Positions 1 to 12,700 of a stretch of 64,000 nt of DNA are shown here, piece after piece. The translations under genes were made by a program, and so were the position numbers. How positions within the stretch are numbered: position 1 is the stretch's first letter; each line of letters opens with the position of its first letter. The notes below the pieces were generated by a model that was given only the letters and a program-made list of their open reading frames with translations, was not told the origin of the DNA and did not search any database. The stretch comes from Paraspadella gotoi. Its lineage: Eukaryota; Animalia; Chaetognatha. The stretch is from contig CM119264.1 in the NCBI GenBank assembly GCA_051294375.1, positions 29,517,182-29,581,181 on the forward strand, in the 5' to 3' direction.

Positions 1-1600
1 TCTCTCTCCATCCGGGGAGGACGAATGAGAGGGCAGACTAGTATTGATATAGTACGATAAATATTATTTGAGGGAGCGCAATGGTCCATGTACACAAGTC
101 AAACAATCTTTGAAATATTATACCACTTCACTGATAGGAAAATCAGGTACTATTTTATTATCTTTTAAGAGGGATAAAGGCCAAAGTCAGGGGCAAGATA
201 GCTTATTAATTAAATGAATGCATCATTTTCATACCGGTCGTACCAATTTCATAAGGAGAGTACTATATAATAAGTTATGTATGAATAACAAAAAGTGTTA
301 TGTATGAAACTCAGCAGAACTGCCACCTGAAAGACTCCCCCTAGTGGAACCGCCGTCGCCATGACGACCATCATCACGTGACGTCGTTTGGCGGGAAAAG
401 TTTCGAGGACCAAAACGAAAGCCGAGGTCGCCACGCCCACCTGTATCGGCGAAATCTATCAATCAAAGCAATCAATCAATGAAACAATCAATGACTAAAA
501 TCTAGCATGAATCAATTATTAAATCAATTAATCAATCAAGCCATCAATCAATCAATCAACAAAATCAATTCTTGACTCACGTGAAGACATCCTTGAATTC
601 CCCGGATGAAGAGGTAAGACCAAAAGCTTCGAGAGAAGTTGGCGAGGATGTGGGAGATCCCGATGATGGCGAGAGACAGGAAGTGGAGTGGCTTTCGTCC
701 GAATCTGAGAAGAGAGCAAATTGTTTTACAAAGTGTCGATCCAAAGTTAAATAAGTATATATTTTCATTTAAATTAAATTAATTAAATTAATCGCTATTA
801 AATCTTAATAAAACTGTCCGCAAAATAATAAAAGATAAGTTGTAACAGAACCGAATAAAAAAAAAGAAATAATTTAAACAGCTACAATATGCAAATGAGA
901 TTAAGGAACACAACTGTAGAGCTTAATTATACCTGTCGGCCAAAGGCAGGAGCAGCGCACCGACGCCGCAGCCGACGTAAAACAGCGTCTGACACAAACC
1001 GAAGGCGTCCAACTCTTCATCGCAGTCAAGACTTAAATCTTTTAAGATGTTGTCGCTGTGACTCGAAGGCGTTTTGGCGGGAAGGTCCGTGCCCGAGGCA
1101 GAGCGGGCCGTGCCGTTTAGGGTCAAGGCGGAACGGGCCGTGCCGTTCGGGGCAAAGGTTGGGCGAGTAAGGTTTCCGTCGTCTTTGTCTTCTTTGTCGT
1201 CGTCGTTTGCCGATTCCAAGCAGAGCCATCGAGTGACAAGCGGTTCCATCTTCGCGGTGCCATTGGCTCGATGCCATTCCAACGGCACCATTGCTTCCAT
1301 GACCTCATTTCGCATCGCTCTTCCATCTGATTCATTTGATCTTTCGCCAAGATCCGTTTCCTTCTCTACTTTCAACGATTCTCTCCACGCGGCGCCAATC
1401 TCTCTCCCAACGCAGCGCCGTGGCGTGTCGTTGCGTTGAACTACGCAGCGCAGGCGCGTCGCGTCGTCGATACGCGTCGTGAAGTGAGGGAGGAAGATAT
1501 TGGAGGAGGAAAGGAGGAGATTGAAGAAGAGGAGGAGGAAAGGGATGGAGGAATAAGAGGAACCGAGACGACGGAGAATCCAGTCGAGATCACCGAGCAT
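1..1600 (-). CDS. SLC22-like organic cation/anion transporter (MFS), 5' portion; gene continues off the left edge
   Basis: Phase-consistent GT-AG exons 1600-933, 704-581, 440-327, 37-1. Translation: MLGDLDWILRRLG... large first loop ...LSLDC...GLCQTLFYVGCGVGALLLLPLADR|FGRKP...IRGIQGCLH|VGVATSAFVLVLETFPAKRR...|SALSFVLPGWR. This includes MFS motif A (ADRFGRK) and the SLC22 layout. Confidence 0.9.
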
Positions 1601-2049
1601 TGCTGGAGTCGATGGAGCTGGAGTTGACAAGGATTATGGCAGCGTCGCTGGCGATGATGTCGGGGATGTTGAAAGGGAATGTTGCTGTATAAAGTTGATG
1701 TAGTTGAAAAATGAGGGCGAGTAAAAGTTGCTAAGAGCGACGTCGACTTTCACGACGTAGGGATGAAGTCGACTCGTGAGAATTAGTTCTCACAAAAACG
1801 ACGAAAACGAAAATTAATGAGACTTTGATATCAAAAGAAGTTCAACCGTCAGAATGAAAATTTATCAAAACAGGACGATCGCAAACTCATTTGAAATAAT
1901 TCGCAAATTAATCTGATACATTCACCCGATGATATATTTAAATGACTGAATTGATTTTAAGTTGAAAAACAAATGAATAAAAACAAAGTTTTTTTGGTTT
2001 TTTGTTGATGTGGATTTCAACGGGAGTCGTACAAGTAGATAATTTGTTC

Positions 2050-2122
<73 letters not shown>

Positions 2123-3789
2123 AAACTTGTGCCCTAGTTTTCATTTAGCTATGAGCTGAAAATAGGTGAAACTTATGTTTTATTGCTTTGGTTCAATCAG
2201 AGCTACGTAGAATTTTTAAAATAAACTTTACCTTATAAATAAACTTTTTTATCGCTGTGCCTAACTAATGTTTGGCAATAGGCCCATTTCCGTTTACTTT
2301 AAAGGAAGTTCAATCTTATCCTTTTTTATTTTATTCAAAATTAGCAATTACTTATTCATTATTCATTATTGAATATTAGGCCTAAGTTTTGCAGCTGAAC
2401 TGAGAACTGAGAACTGAGAACTGTGAACTGAGAACTAAGAACAACTGAACTGAGAACAACTGTTTTAGATTTTTACATGTTTCCTATTTCTTTATCATTA
2501 ATGAAAAAAGCGTTAATCGATTTTTATTCATTTTAATATAACCAACGATGATACATTAACTGACAATAAGAATAAGACAATTTACAATCGTAAACATTCT
2601 CAATTCACTTCATAGACACACAATAATTGGTAAAGGTTAAACATAAACGTACATTACCGATGCATAAAAAGAAAAAAACTTTTTTTTGTCCGTTTCGTAA
2701 GCTTGTTTCAATCATTTTAATTAATAATTTGAGTAAGACAAAGAGAAAAGTAGAAACGAGATAGAGACAGAGACATCATTTTTCTCTACTCAACTTTAAA
2801 AACATCGAAAACGTAGGAAATAAAAAAGACGGAATTTGTTCTTTTGTTGAAAATAAAAGATAATGAAAAATTTTATCCCTCAATCCCTCTATCGGTAACA
2901 AAGTAAATTAAGTATTCGATAATCTTTTTTTTTTTTTTTTAGTATTCATTGAAAACAATCTCGGCTATATTAATTAGTTTTTAATCGTTTATTTCTCTAA
3001 TCAAAAAGACAATTCACAAAAAAAAAAGTTTGACGAGTGAAAACGGAACGAATCGCGTGAGAGATATGAGATATGACTAGTAAAAAGAACAACTCATTTT
3101 AACAAAATGAGACAGAAATAAACAATTGAAACTGGAACGAGTAGGAAGATGAAAGATTTGGTGAAAAAAAAATTATCGATGAATTTATTCAACTAATAAT
3201 TAATTTAATCAAATCAAATCGGGCAGCGAGAAAATCTCTTCGTTTTTTGTTTTTTTTAATGCCTTGGGGTTTGAAAGAGAATCGCGTTTTTTTTTTTATT
3301 CTTGGCCTTTTTTTAGAGGAGTCTATGTTTTTGTTGCAAATGTTTTGGTTGTTGTGGTTGTAATTCTTGTTTTTGTTTATTCTTTTCGTGGTTTGTAGTC
3401 GTTATTGTTGTTGTTGTCGTCGTTGTTGTCTTTGAACTTTCCTTGTCGCGAATTTCTTTATCCGTAGATCTTTTCGCCGCGAGACGACAAGGCCCCTTTT
3501 TTTTTCGAGACGTCGCGCCATCTGTATCTTTTTTTTTCGATCGAGGCCACGCCCTCTTTTTTCTCGTCGACGTCACGCCTCCTTATTTTTTCCTCCTTCG
3601 TACGCCATCTTGTTTTTTTCAGAATCCAATGGGCGTGTCCGTGGGAACAGAGGTGGTCGATCTGCGATTCGGGGATAATTTCGTTAATCGGCGATTTTTC
3701 GAGATCAAGGAATTTTCTTTTTTAATCGCCAGTGGGAAAAAGTGCGTTTACATTGTGCGAAATAGCAGGGAACTCATCTCTCTCTCTCT

Positions 3790-3895
<106 letters not shown>

Positions 3896-4900
3896 ATCCG
3901 ATTTTCTGTGTGCAAAATTTAAACGATTTCTGTCAACTAGATCTAACAATCGTTATTTGGCATTCAAATAGAAAAAAGAAAATGTGAACATTCTTCTTAC
4001 TTTTTTCCTCTCTCGGAATTCAGAACATTTTCGTAAACTAACAAGGACTTATAATGTTTTAAAAATCAAAATAGTAGTTTTTTTGAGCGGGGAAATCACG
4101 TGACTCAAAGTGACTCCAAGATTAAAGTTCACAAGAAAATCTAAAGAATCGAATGTCCCATTAACGCTTACGCTTATGAGTCCGACTAGACATTAACTAC
4201 GAAACGAAATATTCACGGAGTCACTTACAGCTCACGTTGATGAAATTATTGTTGTGACAGTGCAAATCATTTTTTAAACTTCTCTGTTTCTAGTTAAAAA
4301 AAAAGTTCACTTAGCTTTTTTTCATGCAACTCAAGATGGACAGTTTGCATGAAAACGTAGCTAACTCGTGTAAGAAAGTGTGCGGACGATCGTTAAGAAT
4401 ACTTGAAAAATTATTACTGATGATAAAATGAAGAGAAAAACACCGACGTGCATTTTTTGTTTGTTTGTTAATTCTTTAATTATTAACTGACATTACCTCC
4501 GTTTTTTTTTACTCTTCTGAATTAAGAGTCTACAATTTTCTATCTGGTGCTTTAAAACCATTTGGGTTTTCTGCGAAAAATTCAATTCAATCGAAAAGTG
4601 TGAAAAATGTTCAGTTATGAAATTTGGGTGAATTTTTAAAATTAATCTCACTCCAATAAAAATGAAGGCTCCTCCGTAACAACAATGACACTGTGAAATG
4701 TCACGGCGGTGACACGGCGGTGACAAATTCACAACCTCCGCCTCGTGGTGGTTATATAAAAGAGTAATATAAAAAATTAAACAAAAATAAATCTTAAATA
4801 AACCGAATACAATAAAATAAGCTCTAGAATCGACTGAAAAGGGTGGCTTGATTGTGCCTTTCCGCACGAGTGGCTCGTCCACTCGCTCCCACCAAGCGAT

Positions 4901-7900
4901 TCACCTGAAAGCCTCTTCTTCCTCCTCATCCTCCCTCATTCCTCCGTTCAGCTCGATGTCCGCAATTTCCTCCAAAGAATCCAGAACAAGATGAAGGCGT
5001 CGATGGTGATCGAATCCGCCGAAGCAGTCCTTCAGGAAGCCTTAATTAAAAGTATAATTAAAATGTTATGATATTTGAAATAATAATTATTTAATCGTTA
5101 ATTGAACCACAAATAAAAATCATCTTTTGGCAATGAAAAATACAATTGTTACACGTTAAAGATAATAGAAAAGAAATTAATAAATATTTTATTAAAACAC
5201 GACAATATGTAAATGATATTGATGACTCATAGATTGATTTCAACGATTGATTAATTGGGTTGAATTGATTTAATTAATTGAACTTTTATAGTTTTCCGTT
5301 CTCCAATTCTCTCACCGGTAATGAGCTTGTAAAGATGCTTCCTCGTGGGATCCCCGACGAGCCCGTGATGCTTGTCTGGATAGACTTGACTCCTAAATTG
5401 GATTCCTTCTTCGATCATGCTTTTCGTCAGCATCGCCGAGTGTTGGTAGTGGACGTTGTCTGAAACGAAAATGATATTTAGTGCGACAAGTTCACAATAT
5501 TTTACTCAGGACAATTCACCAAAAAAAAATGAAAAATTTAAAGATTTGCAATATTAGGATACCTTAGCCTAGGGGAGATGTCCTTGTAAACCATTGAAAC
5601 AGTTCGTAAGAAGAGTATACAACTTCATTTATATTGCTTCTCTAAGAGTTAATAAACTAGACCCTAGACAGTAAGGGAGCTTACAGGTTAAACTGGTTAG
5701 AGTCCTGCTAGGTTATTATCCTGTAAGACGGAGGAGGGTCTTAACCCATCGATTGATTGATTGATTGATTGATTGTTGATTTATTAAAATAATGAATAAT
5801 TTTATTTTGTAGAATGTATTATTTGATTTAAAACTATTCTAAATACCATCTGCCGTCCCGTGAATGAGAAGGAATTTGACTTTCTGGAAGTTACTGGCCA
5901 GCGAAGAAACGTTGGCGTTCTGAGGAAAAAAAAACATAAACATTATAATATAAAAGGATATATATATATATAAAGGATTTTTTTTAAATGCCGTCAGCGA
6001 GACTCACTCTATAATTGTAGAAATTGTCTTCTTTGGACGGATTGCCCATGTATCGCTCGGTGTATATGCTATCTGAAATTTGAAAGAAAGATTTATTGAT
6101 TGATAGATTCATTGACTGTTAGATTGATAGATTGATTGATTGATTTACTGAAAGATTGATAGATTGACTGACTGATAAATTTTTTAATAGATATATTAAT
6201 TAATTGATTGATTGATCGATTCCATCCACCCTTCACCATAATAAGTCCAGTCGGTCACGGGTGCTACTGCGACGCCGCACTGGAAGAGGTCGTGCTCCAC
6301 GTTGCGGCCGAGGACGGAGGCGGCGACGAAGCCTCCGTAGCTCCAGCCCATGATCGCCATCTTGAGGGGATCCACGTAGTGGACGTTGTCTTGGAAGTAT
6401 CTGGATTAGAAACTATCTGGATTAGTATCTGGATTAGAAATAAAAGGATTGTGAGGCGAATTGAACAGATGGCGCTCTTAAAAATTAACATGAATTTAGC
6501 GAAAAAGGAATTTGTGGTGAAAGTTAAATTTATAAAGAATCATTAAATAAAACGGAAAATGTAAAATGTAAAATCTACAAGTTTTGCCGTTTGATTTCTT
6601 TAGCCAAAAAAACTCATGAAGCACAAATTTGAAAACACAATTTTTCATTTATTTCCAATTTACAATTTGTTTGAAATGACTAAGAAAGAATTTATCAATG
6701 TTTGCTTCAGCACCATTTTTTTAGTTTTACAACAATTTAGAAATAAGTAAATCAGCGACCAAATTTCACAAAGTCACTTTCACCACAATATTAGAACTTA
6801 ACAATAGAACAACGTCCTTCATCGGATTCACCTCGCTGCCGCCATTTGATCGTCGACCTCCAAAGTCCCCAACTTCCGGTAGATGGCGTGAAGGAAGGCG
6901 TCGCCACGACCTCCAGTTCCTCGTCCGTCGACAGTTACGACGATGACGTCGTGATAAGAGGCCAGGTAGTGATCCCAATCCAATTTCCACTCGTAGGTCA
7001 CTTTTTGAGACCCGGGTCCGTTGTAGACTTGGAAGAGGGTCGGGTAGCGGACGATCTAATTGGGGGGGGGAGAGTCAGGAAATGAAAATGGTAATTGTAA
7101 ATGGTAAAAGTTGTTAAAAATTGTGGATCAGGGTTAAAGGTTTGGGTTAAGGGACAGGGTTTAGGATTAGGTTAGGATTAGGGATTATGGTTATTGGTTA
7201 GGGATCAGGGTTAAGGGTTAGGGTTTAGGATTAGGGTTAGGATTAAGGATTATGGTTAGGGATAAAGGTTAAGGGTTAGGGGTTAGGGTTTAGGACTAGG
7301 TAAGGATTAGGGATTATGGTTAGGGATCAGCGTTCGGTATTAGTTTTTAAATATAAGAACATCATCGCAGGATTATCAAGTCACCAAAAGCAAATCGGAT
7401 CGGAGACTCGGGCGATCTTCGGGGAAATGGAATCGCCGAATCCTGATTGGTCAAGTATAACATTGAGTTCCTCAATTTCTTTTGAGATAATCCACTAATT
7501 AATCTGGTCCACAAGCATGGAAACGGAATTGACAAATCAGCTTGCAAAATCATTGGAACTGTAAATTATACCCGTGTCGCCGATCCTCTTCCTTAGTTAT
7601 AAATAAACTTAGCTTGTTCTAGTTTCAGTAGCATTGATCAAGACTCCTGCCCGTGTCTCACCGTCACCTTTATTCTCAGAATAAAATCTCATCTCGATTT
7701 CGCTTCTAGAAATCCATGAGTTTTTCCTTCAATGTGGTGGCAGCGGTGGGATTCGAACCCTCGTCTCCGAAGAGACTGGTTAAATATCAAGGTTAAAATC
7801 AAATTCTGGGATAAACGAACAGAAACTGGGACCTCTTGGAATAGAGAGCCAATCTTTTTTGTCCTCATGTGACTCTTCAAAAGCTCACCCCACACTACCC

Positions 7901-9710
7901 CGTATCCATCGCAACGACCTTACCTCTTTCTTGTTGAGGACGGGAGGAAGGATGACCTGCGCCCAAAGGTGAGTATCGTCTTCGTCTCCCAAAGGAATCG
8001 ATATCCACTCGGTCGTCGACATCGCCGTTCCGTTGAGGAGACCCTGCAGGTCCGAGTTGTCCTCCAGCAAGAGCAAGGCTGTCGAATAGCGGTTGAGTGT
8101 GGCTGATTTTATTGGATTTTTTATGGTTTATTTGATTTGATTTTTGATTTGATTTTTGATTTGATTTTTGATTTGATTTTTGATTTGATTTGATTTGATT
8201 TTTGATTTGATTTTTGATTTCATTTTTGATTTCATTTTTGATTTCATTTTTGATTTCATTTTTGATTTCATTTTTGATTTCATTTGATTTGATTTAATTA
8301 ATTTAAAACATCTAAGGATTAATTTCCTATCAAATTTAATCTACCAGTATCGTTGGCGTCCAGATCTATATCTGCTCGATGCAATGTGACACTCGGCAAC
8401 GCAGGACCGTGACACGTAAGGATGTAGTGTTTTGCGGCGGGCGAGAAGTTCACGCTGTTTAAGGTCGAGTTAATAAACGTGAATCGTGATTGAAATGTAC
8501 AGTTAGTGGTTAAGGTTTATGATTAGGTTAAGGAATAGATTTGTAATTAAGATTTGGGATTTAGTTTGTGATTAGGGTATTAGAGATTGATTAAATTTAT
8601 GTAGGTTAAATATTGAAATTAAATTAAATTCTGGGAGAGAAGAACAGAAATGGAGCACTTATGGCAACTGCCGGGTTGCCTGTGATGCCCATTGGGATGG
8701 GGCATCTCACTGTTGGCTTTGGGGCTTCCGACCCTCAGTGACGCATCCAGTCACTGGCGCGGTTACCCTAGGACGGTCTCGCTTTGCCAACGCAGAGGGA
8801 AGTCATTAAGAACTGTGGATGGAACACTACGCCTGGGATGGTGTGTTCCCCCTCTGAGCCAATGGATTTGGCTGAACGATGGTGGACGTGAGGCGGTGTG
8901 AATATACCGCCACAGGATCCCCGGACCAAGACATCACTCAGGTTCCTCAAGCCTGAGAGGTGTCTGACAAGACTGTCACCATAGTGGGAGAGAGAGAGAG
9001 AGAGCGCGAGTTGTGGGGGCATAGGCGTTTGTCTTAGCGTACCCAGGGGCATAGGCGTTTGTCGTAGCTACCCAAAGTCGGCAGGGCATAGGCGTTTGTC
9101 GTAGCGTACCCTGAGAAGGTTGCGTGTTCGATAGTAGGGCTCACCACTTATGGCAACAGCCGGGTTGCCTGTGATGCCATTGGGATGGGGCATCTCACTG
9201 TTGGCTTTGGGGGCTTCCTGACCCTCAGTGATGCATCCAGTCACTGGCGCGGTTACCCTAGGACGGTCTCGCTTTGCCAACGCAGAGGGAAGTCATTAGG
9301 ACTGTGGATGGAACACTACGCCTGGGATGGTGTGTTCCCCCTCTGAGCCAATGGATTTGGCTGAACGATGGTGGACGTGAGGCGGTGTGAATATACCGCC
9401 ACACACTCTCGGAAAAGAGAGCATTTTTTTTTAAATTGCGAACGTTCAATAATTTTTTTTTTTGCAAATCACTCACATCTGATAATTGTCTTGGAAAACG
9501 TCATCGAGAGGAGACTAATAATATATTATATTTATTTTTATAAATCGCCAAATATGAAATATCGAATGTCACATATATATTGACCCGCGTCATGAGACTT
9601 TTTTTCCAGTTGAGCGAATCAACATTCGCTTTGCCTTTTTTGACTCAAGGTCATAGAAATTCTGTTCCGCAGTCTCTCTTTCTCTNNNNNNNNNNNNNNN
9701 NNNNNNNNNN

Positions 9711-9796
<86 letters not shown>

Positions 9797-12700
9797 AGAC
9801 TGCGGAACAGAATTTCTATGACCTTGAGTCAAAAAAGGCAAAGCGAATGTTGATTCGCTCAACTGGAAAAAAAGTCTCATGACGCGGGTCAATATATATG
9901 TGACATTCGATATTTCATATTTGGCGATTTATAAAAATAAATATAATATATTATTAGTCTCCTCTCGATGACGTTTTCCAAGACAATTATCAGATGTGAG
10001 TGATTTGCAAAAAAAAAAATTATTGAACGTTCGCAATTTAAAAAAAAATGCTCTCTTTTCCGAGAGTGTGTGGCGGTATATTCACACCGCCTCACGTCCA
10101 CCATCGTTCAGCCTAAATCCATTGGCTCAGAGGGGGAACACACCATCCCAGGCGTAGTGTTCCATCCACAGTCCTAATGACTTCCCTCTGCGTTGGCAAA
10201 GCGAGACCGTCCTAGGGTAACCGCGCCAGTGACTGGATGCATCACTGAGGGTCGGAAGCCCCCAAAGCCAACAGTGAGATGCCCCATCCCAATGGCATCA
10301 CAGGCAACCCGGCTGTTGCCATAAGTGGTGAGCCCTACTATCGAACACGCAACCTTCTCAGGGTACGCTACGACAAACGCCTATGCCCTGCCGACTTTGG
10401 GTACGCTACGACAAACGCCTATGCCCCTGGGGTACGCTAAGACAAACGCCTATGCCCCCACAACTCGCGCTCTCTCTCTCTCTCTCCCACTATGGTGACA
10501 GTCTTGTCAGACACCTCTCAGGCTTGAGGAACCTGAGTGATGTCTTGGTCCGGGGATCCTGTGGCGGTATATTCACACCGCCTCACGTCCACCATCGTTC
10601 AGCCAAATCCATTGGCTCAGAGGGGAACACACCATCCCAGGCGTAGTGTTCCATCCACAGTCTTAATGACTTCCCTCTGCGTTGGCAAAGCAGACCGTCC
10701 TAGGGTAACCGCGCCAGTGACTGGATGCGTCACTGAGGGTCGGAAGCCCCAAAGCCAACAGTGAGATGCCCCATCCCAATGGGCATCACAGGCAACCCGG
10801 CAGTTGCCATAAGTGCTCCATTTCTGTTCTTCTCTCCCAGAATTTAATTTTAATTTCAATATTTAACCTACATAAATTTAATCAATCTCTAATACCCTAA
10901 TCACAAACTAAATCCCAAATCTTAATTACAAATCTATTCCTTAACCTAATCATAAACCTTAACCACTAACTGTACATTTCAATCACGATTCACGTTTATT
11001 AACTCGACCTTAAACAGCGTGAACTTCTCGCCCGCCGCAAAACACTACATCCTTACGTGTCACGGTCCTGCGTTGCCGAGTGTCACATTGCATCGAGCAG
11101 ATATAGATCTGGACGCCAACGATACTGGTAGATTAAATTTGATAGGAAATTAATCCTTAGATGTTTTAAAATTAATTAAATCAAATCAAATGAAATCAAA
11201 AATGAAATCAAAAATGAAATCAAAAATCAAATCAAAAAAAATCAAATCAATAAAATAATCAAAAATTTCAAATTCAAAAATCAAATCCTCTCTCTCTCTC
11301 TCATCCCCCGGATTTGTTCCCGACCTTCGGCTTTTAAATATTAAATCAATGTCTCATTCAAAAGTAAAAACTTGTTCGCATATTTCCCATTTTTCCTCAT
11401 TCTTTTGCCATATATGCATCTCATATATTCTCTTTCCCTCTCACACTTTCTTCCTCACATCTTCCTTTTTCACGACCTCACCTGTAATATTCACAGTTTT
11501 TCTTCATGTTGCAAGTGACGCATTCTGGAGTCACAAGTGACGCGCGAGAGGACGCCACAAATATTCTGTCAAAATAAAAATAGATTTACAAACCAAATAA
11601 TCAATATGATTGAACTAGTTATTATGTCGTTCAAATCTAAATAGGATTATCATTTTATAATTTTATAGAGAGAATTCCAGCTCAGTTCTTTTTCACTTAT
11701 GTTAAGACTTTTTCAAAGTTGTCCCGCCAACAGATTTGAGATAACCCCTAATTGTCGACATGCTTTTTCAGTCTCACCAATGGTGATACCCTTCGAGATT
11801 GTACAGGTGCTTTTTTTTTTCAGATAGAGATGTCTTTACAGACGATCTCCTACCTGTAGAGATGTCTTTTGAGAGGATTGCCTCCCGTGCCGATGAAGTA
11901 AAGGATTCCATTGACTTGGTCGTAGGCGGCGAGTTCCATCACATCCCAAGGCTCGTGCGTAAGAATGTGTTGCGCCCCGGGTTTGTCCAGAGTCTAAATT
12001 ATAATTCGCTTTCAATTTGACGAGGGTCAAAGAAGGTGGTGATGCTTTGATTTTACAAACAGGTAATACTTATTGAATTTTTTTAAAGGTTTCTTAAGAG
12101 CTACTTAGGTCTCATTTTAATGTTAATTAAGTTAATAAAAACATTATTATATCGTGGATTAACTTATTCGCCATCTTTGCTTTTACGCTTTTTAAGACAA
12201 ATAAACTTCAGACCTTTCATACGAAAACAGTTTACAAAATCAATCTTTTTTCCATTATTTGACGCGCTGCAGACTTTGCGCCTTGTGCATCAACACCATT
12301 AGACACTGTGGAGCAACTACTTCAATCACATTCGCCACTGTGCCGCACAGACATTTTCTCTCACCGACGAATTGACGAGAACTATTTGCTTGAAGGCGCC
12401 GCGAATTCCGTCCTCCACCGGAAGTAGTAAGAAGTAGGCGTCGCCGGATGGAACGAATAGAGGCGGTCGCGTCGCCTCCACCCATCCGCGTTGGACGCCA
12501 TGAGCCACTACCTCGGCGCTCTGAGCGGTGAGGGAATGGGTCTGTGGCTTAGAGATAGACGGATAGACAGACAGAAAGATTGAAGGGTGAAAGGACACAC
12601 AGATAAAAAGATAAAACTGACAGACGAACAGTAAGACGGACAGATAGACGGACTGACAGATAGACTGAAAGACTACAAGATGAAACGGCGAAAAGAACAG

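Larger units (their letters stand above)
7120..7850 (+). mobile_element. Partial TTAGGG-containing MITE copy interrupted by an LTR/tRNA insertion
   Basis: Degenerate TTAGGG array at about 7120-7330, then the right end aaattctgggataaacgaacagaaa...ttggaatagagagcc shared with copies at 8.5, 42 and 60 kb. Left TIR not seen. Confidence 0.65.
8660..9403 (-). mobile_element. Miniature non-coding LTR element, family A (TRIM/retrozyme-like)
   Basis: Two 255-bp direct repeats at 8660-8914 and 9149-9403 (minus-strand ends TGTGGC...GCCATA); PBS TGGTGAGCCC at 9146-9137, 2 nt after the 5' LTR; weak PPT GGTCCGGGGATCC before the 3' LTR; TSD CACT at 8656-8659 and 9404-9407; no coding capacity. Confidence 0.9.

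Noticed and set aside
5570-5750. Purine tract plus TGT start, AATAAA and a GGAGGAGGG..TAA twister-like piece
   Set aside because: No TCCC-AAGC loop, second copy or TSD was found, so neither an LTR nor a ribozyme can be supported.
7120-7330. Interstitial telomere or chromosome fusion site
   Set aside because: The degenerate TTAGGG arrays recur with the same flanking sequence and TIRs, so they belong to a MITE family.
8200-11286. Giant palindrome duplicating the family A element and a peptidase exon
   Set aside because: Centred on a 25-N gap with indel-type differences, and the window's other 25-N gaps show the same pattern. Treated as a gap-filling artefact, so the mirror element is not counted as independent.
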